Assembly (NCBI RefSeq): GCF_020745735.1
Contig: NC_083405.1
Location: forward strand, 53,534,345-53,598,344
Origin: Hemiscyllium ocellatum
Taxonomy: Eukaryota
Direction: 5' to 3'
DNA length: 64,000 bases
Both the position numbers and the translations under genes were made by a program. The notes below the pieces were generated by a model. That model ran no database searches. It was not told the DNA's origin and saw only the letters and a list, made by a program, of their open reading frames with translations. This document shows, in pieces, positions 1 to 13,615 of this stretch. How positions within the stretch are numbered: position 1 is the stretch's first letter; each line of letters starts with the position of its first letter.

Positions 1-389
1 ACAGATACTATGGAGCTAATCAAGAGATAGGTAAATATTTGATGGGTAACCAAACATATCCATAGAACAATGAGCTAAAGGAGAAAAAATAATAGCCTCT
101 CCATCATCTTTAGCATATGCCTGTCTACAGTAGTAGTAGTTTTCTAATACATTTCTGGCAAATATTAACAGTGCATGAAAAATATATTCAAAATAAACAT
201 CATGAAGTTTGAAAGCTGCCTGAAATAGTCCAAAAAAAGGCAGGTTATGCAATAATTTACTTCAGCGCAACGAGCAAAGAAATGCTTGAAAGGATAGGTT
301 AAAAAAAGTTTGAAAGACTAATAAGAAGTATAAGAGAATTAACATGCAAATCATCATGAGTAAAAATCCAGGGTCAGGCAACATTAAGT

Positions 390-709
390 GGGCGGCACGG
401 TGACACAGTGGTTAGCACTGCTGCCTCACAGTGCCAGAGATCCAGGTTCAATTCCCGACTCAGGCGACTGACTGTGTGGAGTTTGCACATTCTCCCCGTG
501 TCTGCGTGGGTTTCCTCCGGGTGCTCCGGTTTCCTCTCACAGTCCAAAAATGTGCAGGTTAGGTGAATTGGCCATGCTAAATTGCACGTAGTGTTAGGTG
601 AAGGGATAAAGGTAGGGGAATGGGCCTACCCTGGGTGGGTTGCACTTGGGCGGATCGGTGTGGACTTGTTGGGCCTAAGGGCCTGTTTCCACACTGTAAG
701 TAATCTAAT
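390..709 (+). mobile_element. HE1-type V-SINE, full length
   Basis: tRNA-like head (tgacacagtggtt A box, ggttcaattcc B box), V-domain tgtgtggagtttgcacattctccccgtgtctgcgtggg, CR1-derived tail gggcctgtttccacactgtaagtaatcta. Confidence 0.92.
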
Positions 710-999
710 TAGAACAAAAGGGTGTTCTTGCTGTCTCCTATTTGGATTAGTTAAATTTTGCATTTTAATTTTTCAGCAGAGATAGAAAAAAAAGGAATGG
801 CAATAATTAAAGGTATATTTAAAGCCATTAAAAAGCATTTGATTAAGTCGAGTCAGAAATAATGCGGAAATATGCTATAAACCACTGATAATTCAAAATA
901 AATACAGGAAGTTTGCAGGTAATTTTGAAATGTTTTTAGCAGCAACAGACTTGAACAATCCTATGTGGAAAAATTCAAAATGTTAATGATATCTAGAAA

Positions 1000-1256
1000 T
1001 TTGTTTTTAATTCACTCATGGGATGTGGGTGGTCACTGGCTAAGCTGTCTTCTTGAACCTCTGCAGTACATGTGCTGCAAGTTGACCTACAATGCCCTGA
1101 GGGAGGATTTTGACCCAGCGACAGTGAAGGAACTGCAATATATTTCCAAGTCAGGAAGGTGAGGGGAACTACACAGCAGTAGTCATGTGTTTGGAAGGTG
1201 CTGTCTAAGGATGTTTGGTGAATTTCTGCAGTACATCTTGTGGATAGTACACACTG
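1000..1256 (-). mobile_element. 3' fragment of the CR1/L2-group LINE (tRNA-headed family)
   Basis: attcactcatgggatgtggg...ttcttgaacc...caagtcagga matches the 3' ends at 7436, 20745, 23455 and 25560. Confidence 0.75.
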
Positions 1257-2320
1257 CGATCAAAGATTGTTTCTGTAAGTACCTGTATGAACTATGTTGT
1301 ATGTCCAACAAAGAAGGATGCATAGTTGTATTTGGTTAAATAATGAAATAGAAGAAAGAAAGGCAGCCAACAGTCCAAAAAATACTGATGAAAATTTAAT
1401 CAAGTTCACACTAAAGAAAGACAAAATTCCTTGAAGTTCTTTTCCCTTGATAAATATCCCAGGTCCTGAGAAAGCTTCATAGAATCATAATTTCTCTGAA
1501 TCTACAAATCCCACCAGATAAGGGCATAAATTGAGCCATTCTGAAATGCAGGTTTCTAAAAACACTACCAAACCGACTGCCCGATGCAGAATTCTCCTGG
1601 GTCTCTGTAACAAATGTAACCGTCTCCTTTAGCTTTCCCTATTCCCACCACTGAAGGCTTTTGCTGCCACAATATCTCTATGAAATGAAAGTAAGTAATT
1701 TTCAAGTTTTGTTTTATAAAATGTCTAAGTTTTGAACAGTGGTTGCATAACCAACACCACCAGGAAAGCTGATTGAAATACTACTGTATTGGAGAGGAAC
1801 AGCAATTGTGAAATCAGGTATTTCTTTGTGTATTTCCTGGGCAATAATGTAGTGGGGCAGATTGCCCATCTGTTATAGACCATCCAACACACCCTGAAAC
1901 ATGTCAATGGAATATAAGACCTGCATGTTCAACATCTGACAAGCTGTTCCCAATTACATTCCCAGAATTGAAGACACAAATTGGTAACCATGTTTTCCTC
2001 TTCTCCATCAACTCTGTCTTTATCTACTCCAGAGTGAACATGGTAGTATAGTTTCAGGAAACTGAATTTCGACCCTTGAAGACTTTTTTTAAACTGACGC
2101 CTGCAACTTCAAATCCTGTATTTTTACAACTTTCTAACAGCAAAGTGGTATTGCGCATTGCCTTATTCTTAGCAACAGTAATTTCTCCCAGTGATTGCAC
2201 AAGAGAGATATTGTTCATTTTTGACAGGTAAAATCTATTCAATGACCATCGGTGTTAGAATGATCTTGGTGTAACTAATTTGCACTCTGTGGTGTATAGA
2301 TGGTTACCTCAGCATGCTTA

Positions 2321-2671
<351 letters not shown>

Positions 2672-5099
2672 CTAGAACAAAAATGAACATCGCTAGGTCA
2701 TTATTATAATAACAACACCAGGAACTTTAATGCTCATTTTTCAACACAAGTCAAAATTAGAAATTCTTCATGACCAAAAATGCAAAAGTGAACATACACA
2801 GTACACCTTGAAGTAGAATAGCTCTCAAAAGCCCAACATGTCAAATTAGGATGTTATATTTGCTGTCAGAGATATTAAACCTGTCTTCACATTTTTGTCT
2901 TAAGATTTGTACAGAAATAGGACCAAAACAGATTGCACTGAAAGCCAAACTGTATCCATTTGTCTTACATTATAATGATATTTTACTGAAAACCACAAAC
3001 CAATGTTATTATACCTGATGGGATCTCAAATAAACACATGCTCAAAAAGTGCCTCAAATAATACAATCCCTTCAGATTACCGAATACTTCAAGACACTTC
3101 ATTTGAAATTAAATCTTGTCTTTTCCTTTGATCTGCTGGTTAATGTGTTCATCACTGGGGATACTATTGTAAATAACTCATCTACAAACTTAGGGCTTTA
3201 CTCTTTAGATACATTTATGACTACTAATTTATCACACTAAGGCCTTCAAAAGGTCTCAGATATGCACTTTATCATAAATGTTTAACCTCACGTAAAAGCT
3301 AAGTGATAAACTATACAGCTACTCTCAAAACTCAACATGATCCATACATGATCTATACAACAATTTCATAAGGAACCAGAGCAATATCACCATGACAATC
3401 AATATCATTCATAACACAGTAAGTTCCATTTGACACTGTTTAGGTAATATTAGAGGGTTTTCAATTTTATATATTTTCTTAAGGGAACTGTATACCATGG
3501 GATATGGTGATTAACTGCAGCAATTCAGTTTTGTTGCTGTAAAATGCTTATGAATCAATGAAGGAGATTTAGAAACCATTGTTGCCCAAACTGAAATATA
3601 ACTTAGTTACAAAACATCTCCTGAAAAGGAAGGCAGTTCGTACTGCAGACCCACAGCCTCCATCTCAGCTGTTATCCTTAAGAACTTTTGGTACCTCCTT
3701 GCTTGCAATACTCATTGAGAAGCAATTTTTTAGCATATATAAATATTAGCACAAACATTGTGTTGCATCTCATTCAAAGATGTTTGGATAAACCAAGTAC
3801 TATATTAAAATAAATTAAGACCTCCATTCAATCAAGGCCCGAATACCCAGTTAAGTGCTGCTAAATGAACTGGTGCCTTAAACACTCCACTAATAAAAGG
3901 ATATCTCCATTAGAAGAAAATAACTGAGCAAGTTATAAATCCATTCCTCCAATTCTGTTGGCACTGCCATCAACAGCAGCCAAAGTCAAACCATCACAGG
4001 CATTGCAATTTCCAGAATCAGCCCCAGAGGGCAGAAGTGGTTTATCATTTAAATGTAAACCATGTTTATCATTGGGGTAAAAACGCAACAAATCCCTTTG
4101 ATTAGAAAAACATGACAGAGTGGGAAGGGATGTGTAGTTACTCAAAATTGTTCAATATAGAGAGGGAGGTTGAGAAACTCTGATAGATAATGTATACTGT
4201 ACATAAGATATATAAATCTGGCTTGTCTCATTTTACTGTGTTAGCACAGGCTTAACATCTTAAATCATTCAAATTCATCAAAGCTGAAAAGGTAGAGGTT
4301 GTCATTAAAGTACATATATTGGCAAAACAAAATAATCCTTTCACAACTGGAGAATTTGCACCTCCCCTACTCCCTGCTCCCCCATTGCCTAGTAAAGGTT
4401 CCTGCATCAACTAATTTAAATAATATTTAATGTTATGAATATTGTAGTATACAGTATCAGACTGGAAGTACTAGGGAAGCCGCTTACAATACTTGGGTTG
4501 CTTTTGTTTACAACATAGAGTTGCTGTTGAGGTGATTTTCATCCGTTTCTTTTATTGTCCTTACAGTGATGGGTTGAGGGAAGGTTGGGCTGGGACACAC
4601 CAGAGCACATCTTCAATGTCTTACCACAACCAGTAAAATTTACCTGTCAGCCAACAGGGCAGGGAACACATAGGAAACAGTGGCCTGCCAACTGATAGCC
4701 ATTTTTCGAAGCATAAATTGTCCGTGCATCTCATTGGTTCCAAAAAGTGTTAGAAATACACAGTAAAAATAAGCAAAAATTCAGCAACAGCTTAATGTTG
4801 ACTGGAAGTAAGTACCAGTTGTTCAGTACAGCTGCAGTATCAACAGGCAATCTGACATTAGATAAGCAAAACTTCATACGTCTGGAATGATTGCAGAATG
4901 CATGCCCACTGCATCAAGTGCAGACAGTATAATGCGATTGGGGAAGCACTGCATCGTGCAAGTATCAAATCTCAATAGATACTCTTCAAGCAGAGCTTGT
5001 GTCCCCCAATGAAAGCTAAGGAAGCAGCCAAATAGACCATGACTGGACATTTTAAAGGAGCACAGCATGATCAAGCTACTCTAGGAAAAGGCTATGCGA

Positions 5100-5530
5100 A
5101 ATGACAAGATTCACTGAAGATTTATCCAGATGAAAGGGTTTACAAAGGTTTTACTTCACAGAGATGGTGTAGCATCAGTGTGTGATGTAACCCCATCTGT
5201 CCAGGCAGGGGTTAACATATGTTTCTGGAATCCCAAAGGAGTTAAGACAAATTGATGGCTCCCATAGCTGTGGCAATGAAGGCAACCATGGGTTTAACTT
5301 CTCCACCTCAGGATCATTTCAGGGATTGCCTGGAGACATTTTGGGATCCCAGCCCATCACTGCATCGAACAAGATACAGATGTCATTTACTAGAAGACAG
5401 AATAATACATGGCGTACCACATTTAGATCAACCAGGCTAACCGGGTAATGGTTGATCAGGGAATCACTGGATTTCCTCAGGTTTGGGAGTGCAGTCGAAT
5501 GCATGCATGTGGCCTTAAATGCTCCCACAT
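5100..5530 (+). mobile_element. PIF/Harbinger transposase relic, N-terminal part
   Basis: Frameshifted translation gives AVAMKATMG/NFSTSGSFQG and TGFPQVW/SAVECMHVALNAP, matching HARBI1-type motifs (ASGSFQ; GFP.V.GAIDCTHV...AP). Confidence 0.7.
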
Positions 5531-5989
5531 AGAAGTCAGAATCCTTGTAAAAAGGAAGAGCTGCCAGATAATGGTCAAACAGTCTGGAACCACCACAAAA
5601 GAAATTTCAGATGTGTGCAAGATTTCTGAGAAGCTGCCATAAAGAATATATCTGGAGACAGTCCCAGCTGCCTCAGCTGTGCAGGCCGCCCTTGATGGAT
5701 AAATTCTGGGTCTCAAGGGATATTTACTAAAGACGTGACAGCTTACACCTGCATAAACCCCAACACAAAGTCACAAAAACCTATAACAGTTGGCATGGGA
5801 TTACCAAAGTGGCAACTGTGCTTCTGAAAATGCAGTTCCAATAATTTAGCAGATCTGAGCAAACCGTGTCATATACCCCATAAAGAATCTCTCATTTCAT
5901 GGCAGAAACAATTCAGTCATCTCTCTGAGGTAAAGCAGATTCTGGAAGTGTAAACAAAAAATGATGGAAAAACTCAGGTTGTGGCCTCA

Positions 5990-6765
5990 AAGTCATACAA
6001 TATAGAAGCCCTTTAGCCCATTGCCAAAAAATTACTAACACCTACACTAGTGTTGAATGTTATGACACTAAGTGCTGATCCAAAAATTATGAAGTTTCTT
6101 GCCTCAAATACCTTCCCAGGCTGTGAATTCCAGATCTCCACCACCCTCTGGGTGAAAAGGTGTCTCCTCAATTACCGCCTAAACCTCCTGCCCCTGTCAT
6201 AGAGTCATACAACATGGAAACAGACCCTTGGGACCAAGCAGTCTCTGCCAACCAGAATTCCAAACTAAACTAATCCCACCTGCCTGTGCCTGGCCCACAT
6301 CCTATCCCCGCTCCCCCCGCCCCACCAAACATTTCCTATTTATGTGCTTATCCAAATGTCATTTAAATGGCACAACTGTAGCCCCATCCACCATTTCCTC
6401 TGGAAGTTCTTTCTACACATGAACCACTCTGTGTAAAAGAAACTGTCCCTCATTTAAACCTTTCTCTTCTCACCTTAAAAAAAAAAGAACCCCTAGTCTT
6501 GAAATTCCCCCACCCTAGGGAAACAATACCTGCCATTCACCTTATCTACACTCCTCATTATTTTATGAACCCCTATAAGGTCAACTCTCCTACCAACCAC
6601 CCACCCTCCAGTGATAAAAGTCCCAGCCTATCCAGCCTCTCTTATAACTCAAACCCTCCATTCCTGGCAACATACTGATAGATCTCTCTAACATAGTAAT
6701 ACCCTTCCTTTAAGAGGGAAATCAAAACTGAATATTGTACTCCAGAAGTGGTCTCCCAACGTCTT
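5990..6765 (-). mobile_element. Two nested or adjacent CR1 3' fragments
   Basis: Tails agtcatacaatatagaag and gtcatagagtcatacaacatggaaacagaccc, followed by antisense RT C-terminus similar to 13616-14946. Confidence 0.8.
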
Positions 6766-8153
6766 GTTGGGCAGCAGCTATGCAGGGAGAACAAAGTTAA
6801 CATTTCAGGTAAATACTTTTGTTTTAAACATAAAAATTCTCAGCAACTGAGTATTTCCAATATTTTCTATTTCATTCCTTAATGATATCCTTGGCAGCTT
6901 TTTATGAAATGCCCCAGTTATTACATTCAGGAGCTACATTCAGCACTGCAATCATTCCTTGCGGAGTTTATCATCCCGAAGTCTCAAAATCTAGAAATGA
7001 CCAACTTCTGCAGAAATGTGCAAACAAGCCTCTAAGTATAATTCCAAGAACTTGACCTTTGTTAATTGTTTAATGCTACAGTATTGAACAAGAAATGTCA
7101 CTCAGTGAGACTCCAAGTACCTGAGGCAGCATTTACACTAATATTTGGTGTGCCTACAACTTCTCCTGCAACTACAGATAAACCAGTGACACTTGTTTCA
7201 CTGGGCAGCTGTGCTAATCAGAATGTGACACTTTAAACATTCACCATCACACTACTGAGAGGATCAGTGCAATTGGTTATTCAGCTTCATCAATGCAGCA
7301 AATACTCCTGATTGATCATGGGTTTGCTGCATAAGATAATGCGGTATCTCACTATGGACATTGGTCTTTGGACATACCTGAGGCTACCTTGCTTCACATC
7401 TCTTGGATCCCACTGACTGTGAACTTACAGATATGCTTTATTCATCCATGGGATGTGAGCATCATTGTCTGGTCCAGCTTTTATTGCCCATTCCTAGTTG
7501 CCATTGAGAAGCTGGTAGTAAGATGGTGCCTTTAACCACTGCAGCTCATGTGCTGTAAGTAGACCCACAATTCTGGTGGGAAGGGAGTTCAAGAATTTTG
7601 ATCCAAGGCCAATGATGGAATGGTGAGATATTTCCAAGTTAGGATGGGTAGTGACTTGAAGGTGAACTAGAAAATGATATTTTTCCCATGCATCTGCTGC
7701 CCTTGTCCTTCTAGCTGGAACTGGTCTCTTATTTGATAGGTGCTGTCTAAAAATATTTGGCAAATTTCTGTAGTGCATCTTGTAGATTTGATAGAGAAAG
7801 TGAATATTTCAGATGTAGTGCTAGTCAAGTGGTCTACTTTGTCCTGGATGGTGTCGAGCTTCTTGTGTGTGATAGATCTTCACTCATCCACCAGTGAGGA
7901 TTACTCTATCACATGCCTGACTTGTGCCTTAAAAATGGTGGACAGACTGTGGGGATTCACGACATTAATGTGTCACCACAGGATTTCTAGCCTGTGACCT
8001 GTGGCTGCGCCCACAGTATTTATATGGGTAGTCCAGTTCTGTTTCAGGATGTTGATAAGTGTGGGATTCACTGATGCTTTCACATATGAAGGAGTAATGA
8101 CTGGATTCATTTTTATTGCAGATGGTCATTGCCTGGCACTTGAGTGGAACAAA

Positions 8154-8475
8154 GGGGTGGCACAGTGGCTCAGTAGCACTGCTGCCTCACTGTGCCAGGG
8201 ACCCGGGTTCAATTCACGCCTCGGGAAACTGTCTGTGTGGAGTTTGCACATTCTCCCAGTGTCTGCATGGGTTTCTTCCGGGTGTTCCGTTTCCCTCCCA
8301 CAGTCCAAAGCTGTGCAGCTTAGGTGAATCGGCCATGGTAAATTGGCTGTAGTGTTAGCTGCATTAGTCAGGGTTAAATGTAGGAAAATGGTTCTGGGTG
8401 GATTGCTCTTCAGAGGGTCGGTGTGGACTTGTTGGGCTGAAGGGCCTCTTTCCACACTGTATGGAATCTAATCTA
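8154..8475 (+). mobile_element. HE1-type V-SINE nested in LINE
   Basis: Same head, V-domain and tail as 390-709. Confidence 0.9.
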
Positions 8476-9039
8476 CTTTCCATTTAACAACCCAAGCCTG
8501 CACAGTATTCGGGTCTTGCTGCATGACTGTTTCAGTATCTGAGGAATCATAAATGGCGCTCAATTGCATGCAAACATCTCCACTTCTGGCCTTATTATGC
8601 AAGGAAGGTCATTGATGAAGCAGCTGAAAACGGCTGGACCTCAGACACTGCAAAGACACTCTGCAGCTAAGATGACTGACCTGCAACAATCACAACCTTC
8701 TTCCTATGTGCCAGGTATGACTCTAACCAGTGGAAACTTTTTCCCTTATCCCATTAACTTGAAATCTGTAGTCACTCTCACCTCACTCTGGAACTCAGCT
8801 CTTTTGCCTATGCTTAGGTCAAGTTTGTAATGAGGCCAGTAGCTGAGCGGCCCTGGCAGAACCCAAACTGTGCCTGCTTTCTGATGCCATGTCTGAGCAG
8901 GTGCTGTTTGTTAGCGTTATTGATGACACCTTCCATCACTTTACTGATGAAGAATAGTAAACTGATTAGGTGATAATTGGCTGGTTTGGATTTGTCCTGC
9001 TTTGTGTATACAGTACATTCCTGGGCAATTTCCACATTG

Positions 9040-10126
9040 GAAGAAAGTGAGGAACTGCAGATGCTGGAGTACCAGAGTTGAAAAATGTGGTGCTGGAAAA
9101 ACACAGCAGGCCAAGCAGCACCCGAGGAGCAGGAGAATCGACGTTTTGGGTATAAGCCCTTCTTCAGAAATGAGGCTGGTGTGCCAAGCGGGCTGAGATA
9201 AAAGGTGGGGGGAGGGGCGCTGGGAATACGATAGGCGGAAGGGGGTGAGGGTGAGGGTGGTAGGCCGGAGAGGGGGTGGGGGCGGAGAGGTCGGGAAGAA
9301 GATTGCAGGTCAAGAGGGCAGTGCTGAATACAGGGGTTGGGACTGAGATAAGGTGGGGGGAGGGGAAATGAAAAAGCTGGAGAAATCTACATTCATCCCA
9401 TGTGGTTGGAGGGTTCCTAAGCGGAAGATGAGGCGCTCTTCCTCCAGGCGTCATGTGGCCAGGGTCTGGCGATGGAGGAGGCCAAGGACCTGCATGTCAT
9501 TGGCAGAGTGGGACAGGGAGTTAAAGATTTCAGCCACGGGGCGGTTGAATTGGTTGGTGCGGGTGTCCCAGAGATGGTCCCTGAAACGCTCCGCAAGTAG
9601 GCGGCCTGTCTCCCCAATGTAGAGGAGACCACATCAGGTGCAGCAGATACAGTAAATGATGTGTGTGGAGGTGCAGGTGAATTTGCGACGGATATAGAAG
9701 GATCCCATTGGGGCCTTGGAGGGAGGTGAGGGGGGAGGTGTGGGCGCAAGTTTTGCACTTCTTGCGGTTGCAGGAGAAGGTGCCGGGAGTGGAGGTTGGG
9801 TTGGTGGAGGGTGTGGACCTGACAAGGGTGTCGTGAAGGGAGTGGTCTCTCCTGCATGTTGATAGGGGTGGAGAGGGAAATATATCCCTGGTGGTGGGGT
9901 CTGTCTGGAGGTGGCGGAAAAGACGGAGGATGATACGATGTATCCGGAGGTTGGTGGGGTGGAAGGTGAGGATCAGTGGGGTTCTGTCCTGGTGGCGATT
10001 GGAGGGGCAGGTTCAAGGGCAGAGGTGCGGGAAGTGGAGGCGATGTGGTGGAGAGCGTCATCGACCACGTTGGAGGGGAAATTGCGGTCTTTGAAGAAGG
10101 AGGCCATTTGAGTTGTTCGGGAGTGG
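9040..10126 (-). mobile_element. Penelope-like element, 5'-truncated (GIY-YIG endonuclease plus terminal region)
   Basis: Peptides FTCTSTHIIYCICCT followed by GLLYIGETGR..AERFR.HL (GIY-YIG) and QMASFFKDRNFPSNVV. GC-rich. Flanked by aatttccaca(t/c)tg direct repeats at 9027-9039 and 10127-10139. Confidence 0.9.
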
Positions 10127-11996
10127 AATTTCCACACTGTCAGGTAGATTGCAGAATTGTAACTGTACTGGAAGAACTTGGCTAGGAGTGCAATAAGTTC
10201 CGGAGCACAAGTCTTCAAATGTTATTGCTAGAGTGTTGTCACGACCTTTGCCGTATCCATTGCCTCTAAGCATATATTGATATCACATGGAGTGAATTGA
10301 ATTGACTGAAGACCAGCATTTCTGATCTCGAGGAAACTGAGAAGTTTTATCCAGTCCATACTCTGTCTGAACATTGTTGTAGATTCTTCAGCCTTCTCTT
10401 TTGCGACGATATGTGGTCTCCCACGTCATTGCAAATGGGGATATTTGAGGAGCCTCCACTTCCTCCACTGACTTGTTTAATAGTCCACCAACAATCACAA
10501 CTGGATGTGGTAGGACAGTAGAGCATAGATCTGATCGGTTGTCTGTGGAATCACTTTGCTTTGTCTATCACAAGCTACTTATGCTGCCTGGCAAACATTC
10601 TGCTTTGTTGCTTCACTAAGTCAACAGTTTTTAAGTATGCCTGGTGCTGCTCCTAGCATGCTTTCCTGCACTCTCCATTGTCCCAGGGCTGATATCCCAG
10701 CTTGATGGTGATGGTAGAGTGGGGGATATGCCAAGGCATGAGATTGAAGATTATATTCATACAGTTCTGCTGCTGATGCCCACATTGCCTCATGGATGGC
10801 TAATCTTGCTGTGATGGATTTGTTTGAAGTCTATGCCATTGAGCATGTTGTTAGTACCAAACAATAGATGGAGGTTATACTCAATATTTAGATAGGGCTT
10901 CATCACCACAGGGTCTGTGTTCAATCTTACCAATATGGTGTGGACAGATGAATCTTTGGCAGACATATGGAGGACGAGTTCAGATACATTTTTCCCTCAT
11001 GTTGGTTTCCTTACCAGCTGCAGCAGACCCCAGTCTAACAACAATACCTTTAGCATTTGACTTAAATTATGAGTGCCCATCATTCTGTTAGACTACACCA
11101 GATCAGAATCACTTCCAGTATTGCAGTCAGGTTTGTGCAGCCTGAAGCTGGCCTTCTATGTGATGTTTACAGATCGTCAGCTCCTGCCCAGTGAGAACTG
11201 CAACTTTCTAAGTTCACTTGATGCTTACAGAAATACCTCCATGAATATGCCTTTCAACCATGGAGCTACTGTTCCTCTGACTCCAGTCAACTCTCTACCC
11301 CTCCCTATTGATTACCACTTTCAATGCCCACAGTGCGCACTGCCTAGATCAGGGTGGCAGATTGGCCTATAAATCTGGCACTGTGCTGGCAGCACTACCT
11401 CCTGTCTGCCAGTCATATTGACGGTCTTCCCCAGGTACCAAGTATTAATTGGCTAGATGGAATTGTTGCAATACTTGCACAGCCAGCCGTCTGTGTATGA
11501 CCTCATTGGGGTTTCCTGTCATCAGGCAAAAAGGATCTTTTTGTGTCTAATTTTTCATCCAGTAATCTGCTTAGCTGTTTTACAATGAAGGAATTTGACT
11601 GCTGTTTTAACCTAAATAGGTCTTTTTCCCTTTGGTTTGACAAGGAAGATGAGTAGATTTCTGGATGTATATCATCCAGATTTGGCTTATGTGCATTTGA
11701 AAACTTCAAAAGAAATGTGGAAGCCTGGACAAACAAGACTTATAATGTTATTGCTCTTACAATGTTGTTGATCTGTCAGATCCAAATCATTCCTGCAGTT
11801 GTAAGGTTTTAGACATCATCCTATATTTTGAGGAAAACAGACAGAGAAAAGGAACCAAATAATAGTTGGAAGCAAATTATTTGACAAAGACACAGCCAAG
11901 GATTTATTGTACAAGATAGCAATAAGAGATGACATATGGCATGACCTATCCACATCATTTGGTTGCCCAGAGGTAATCAAGTCAAGGTTTTCAGCT

Positions 11997-12102
11997 GGAG
12001 CTCTTGGGATGCAGTGGTAGTTCCTTACCTCTAGCACTGGAGATGTGGATTCAAGTCCTACCTGCTCCAGAAGGGGCTCATAATATGGTTGATTAGAAAA
12101 TA
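11997..12102 (+). mobile_element. Short (~110 bp) tRNA-derived SINE
   Basis: gatgcagtggtag A box and ggattcaagtcc B box, ending ggttgattagaaaata; homologous to the copies at 30886-31397. Confidence 0.7.
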
Positions 12103-12309
12103 AAATATCATGTGGAGGGCACGATTGAAAGAGTTTAATGGATATTTAAGTCAACAGGAGACCAGATAAACTTGATGGACAATTACACAGAAAGATCACT
12201 TACTAAATCAAGATTGGAGGAACGGTATTAAACAAATCCACCTGAATGGAAGAATAACAGCACAATGAAACTATCCCTTTAAAATGCATTGATGACAACT
12301 TCCTTCTTG

Positions 12310-13610
12310 AACCACAGAAAGAGGCCATTCAGCTCATTGTGCCTGCACTGGCTAAATAAAATAGCCACCCACACTCATCCCAGTTTCCATCACTGGACTG
12401 TAGTGTTCCAGGTGCAGGTCCAGGTTCCTTTCAAATGATTTGATGGTTTTTGCTTCAACCACCAAATTGGGCAGCAATGCCAACTACCACCTTCTGGATG
12501 AAAACATTTTCCTTGTGTTTATGTCAATTCTTCCACCAATTGCCTTAAATTTGTTAACTGTCCTCTTTTCCCTGCTCACGCTATCCAAGCACATCACTAT
12601 TTTGTACACCTCAATCAAGTCACCCCTCAACCTCGTCTGCTCGAAGGAAAACATCCTAACTTATCCACTCTTTACTCATGCCTGGCAACATTCTTGTAAA
12701 TCACCTTTACACTTTCTCGAGATCGATTAGATCCTTCCTGTTCACAAAACTCCAGCTGTGGCCTAACCAGTGTCTTATACAGTTTTAGCATTACATCTCT
12801 TCTTATGTATTCAATGACTCACTCAATGAAGGAAGGCATCTCACATACCTTGCTTACCAACTTATCTGCCTGTCGTGCAACCTTCAAGGACTTGTGGACA
12901 TGCACTCCAAAATGTCTAAGTTTCTTTATTCCTTATCAGCCTTATTTTTCACTCAAAGCCACGTTTTCAAGCATACCAATAGGAGATCCACTGGATCCTT
13001 GAACCTACTGCTTATGCTATTACCTTAAATATTTTGACAAGATCACCACTCATTCTTCTAAACTCCAATGGATATAGGTCCAACTTGTCATTATTAGATT
13101 ATCACTCTAATCTCAGGAAACAGTGAGTGAACCTTCTCTGAACTACTTATATTGTAATTAGGTCTTTTCTAAATTAAGGAGACAGAGACTGTACTCATTA
13201 CTCCAGATGTAATCTAATCAACAATGCCCAATACAACTGTAGCAAAACATTCCTAATTTAGTATTTGACTCCCTTGCAATAAATATTCCATTTGTATTCC
13301 ACATCATATGCTGTGCTGCATACTAACATGTGATTCATGTTCCAGGATTCCTAAATCCTCTGTACCACAATTCTGAAATCTCACTCAATTAAATAGTGTG
13401 CTGCTTTTCTTCCTGTCACAGTGCACAAGTTCACATTTACCGACATTTTACTCTATCTGCCAAACCTCTGCCCATTCACCTAAACCTATCTACATCTCTT
13501 TGCAGACTTCTTATGACTTTATAAATTGCTCACTGTTCACTCATTCCTTTCGTTCAAAGCATTAATGCAAATTTGAAATAGTTAAGGCACCAGCACTGAT
13601 TCCAGGGTAC
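12310..13610 (-). mobile_element. Old CR1 fragments (at least two)
   Basis: Tail gaggccattcagctcattgtgcctg and antisense RT C-terminus (cctggcaacattcttgtaaat; ttcacatttaccgacatt...ccattcacctaaacctatc). Confidence 0.7.
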
Positions 13611-13615
13611 TCATT

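Larger units (their letters stand above)
7436..11080 (-). mobile_element. Decayed CR1/L2-group LINE interrupted by an HE1 SINE and a Penelope-like element
   Basis: 3' tail at 7436. RT peptides KQDKSKPANYHLISLLFFISKVMEGVIN...QFGF (ORF 8814-9104) and KTCAPELIALLAKFFQYSYN (10218-10140) are collinear with the copy at 25560-28345. Confidence 0.85.

Noticed and set aside
390-460. tRNA-like sequences as functional tRNA genes
   Set aside because: All continue into SINE bodies and lack a convincing cloverleaf with terminator.
9417-10061. 214-aa proline-rich ORF
   Set aside because: Mostly alternative frames of the GC-rich, frameshifted Penelope element.
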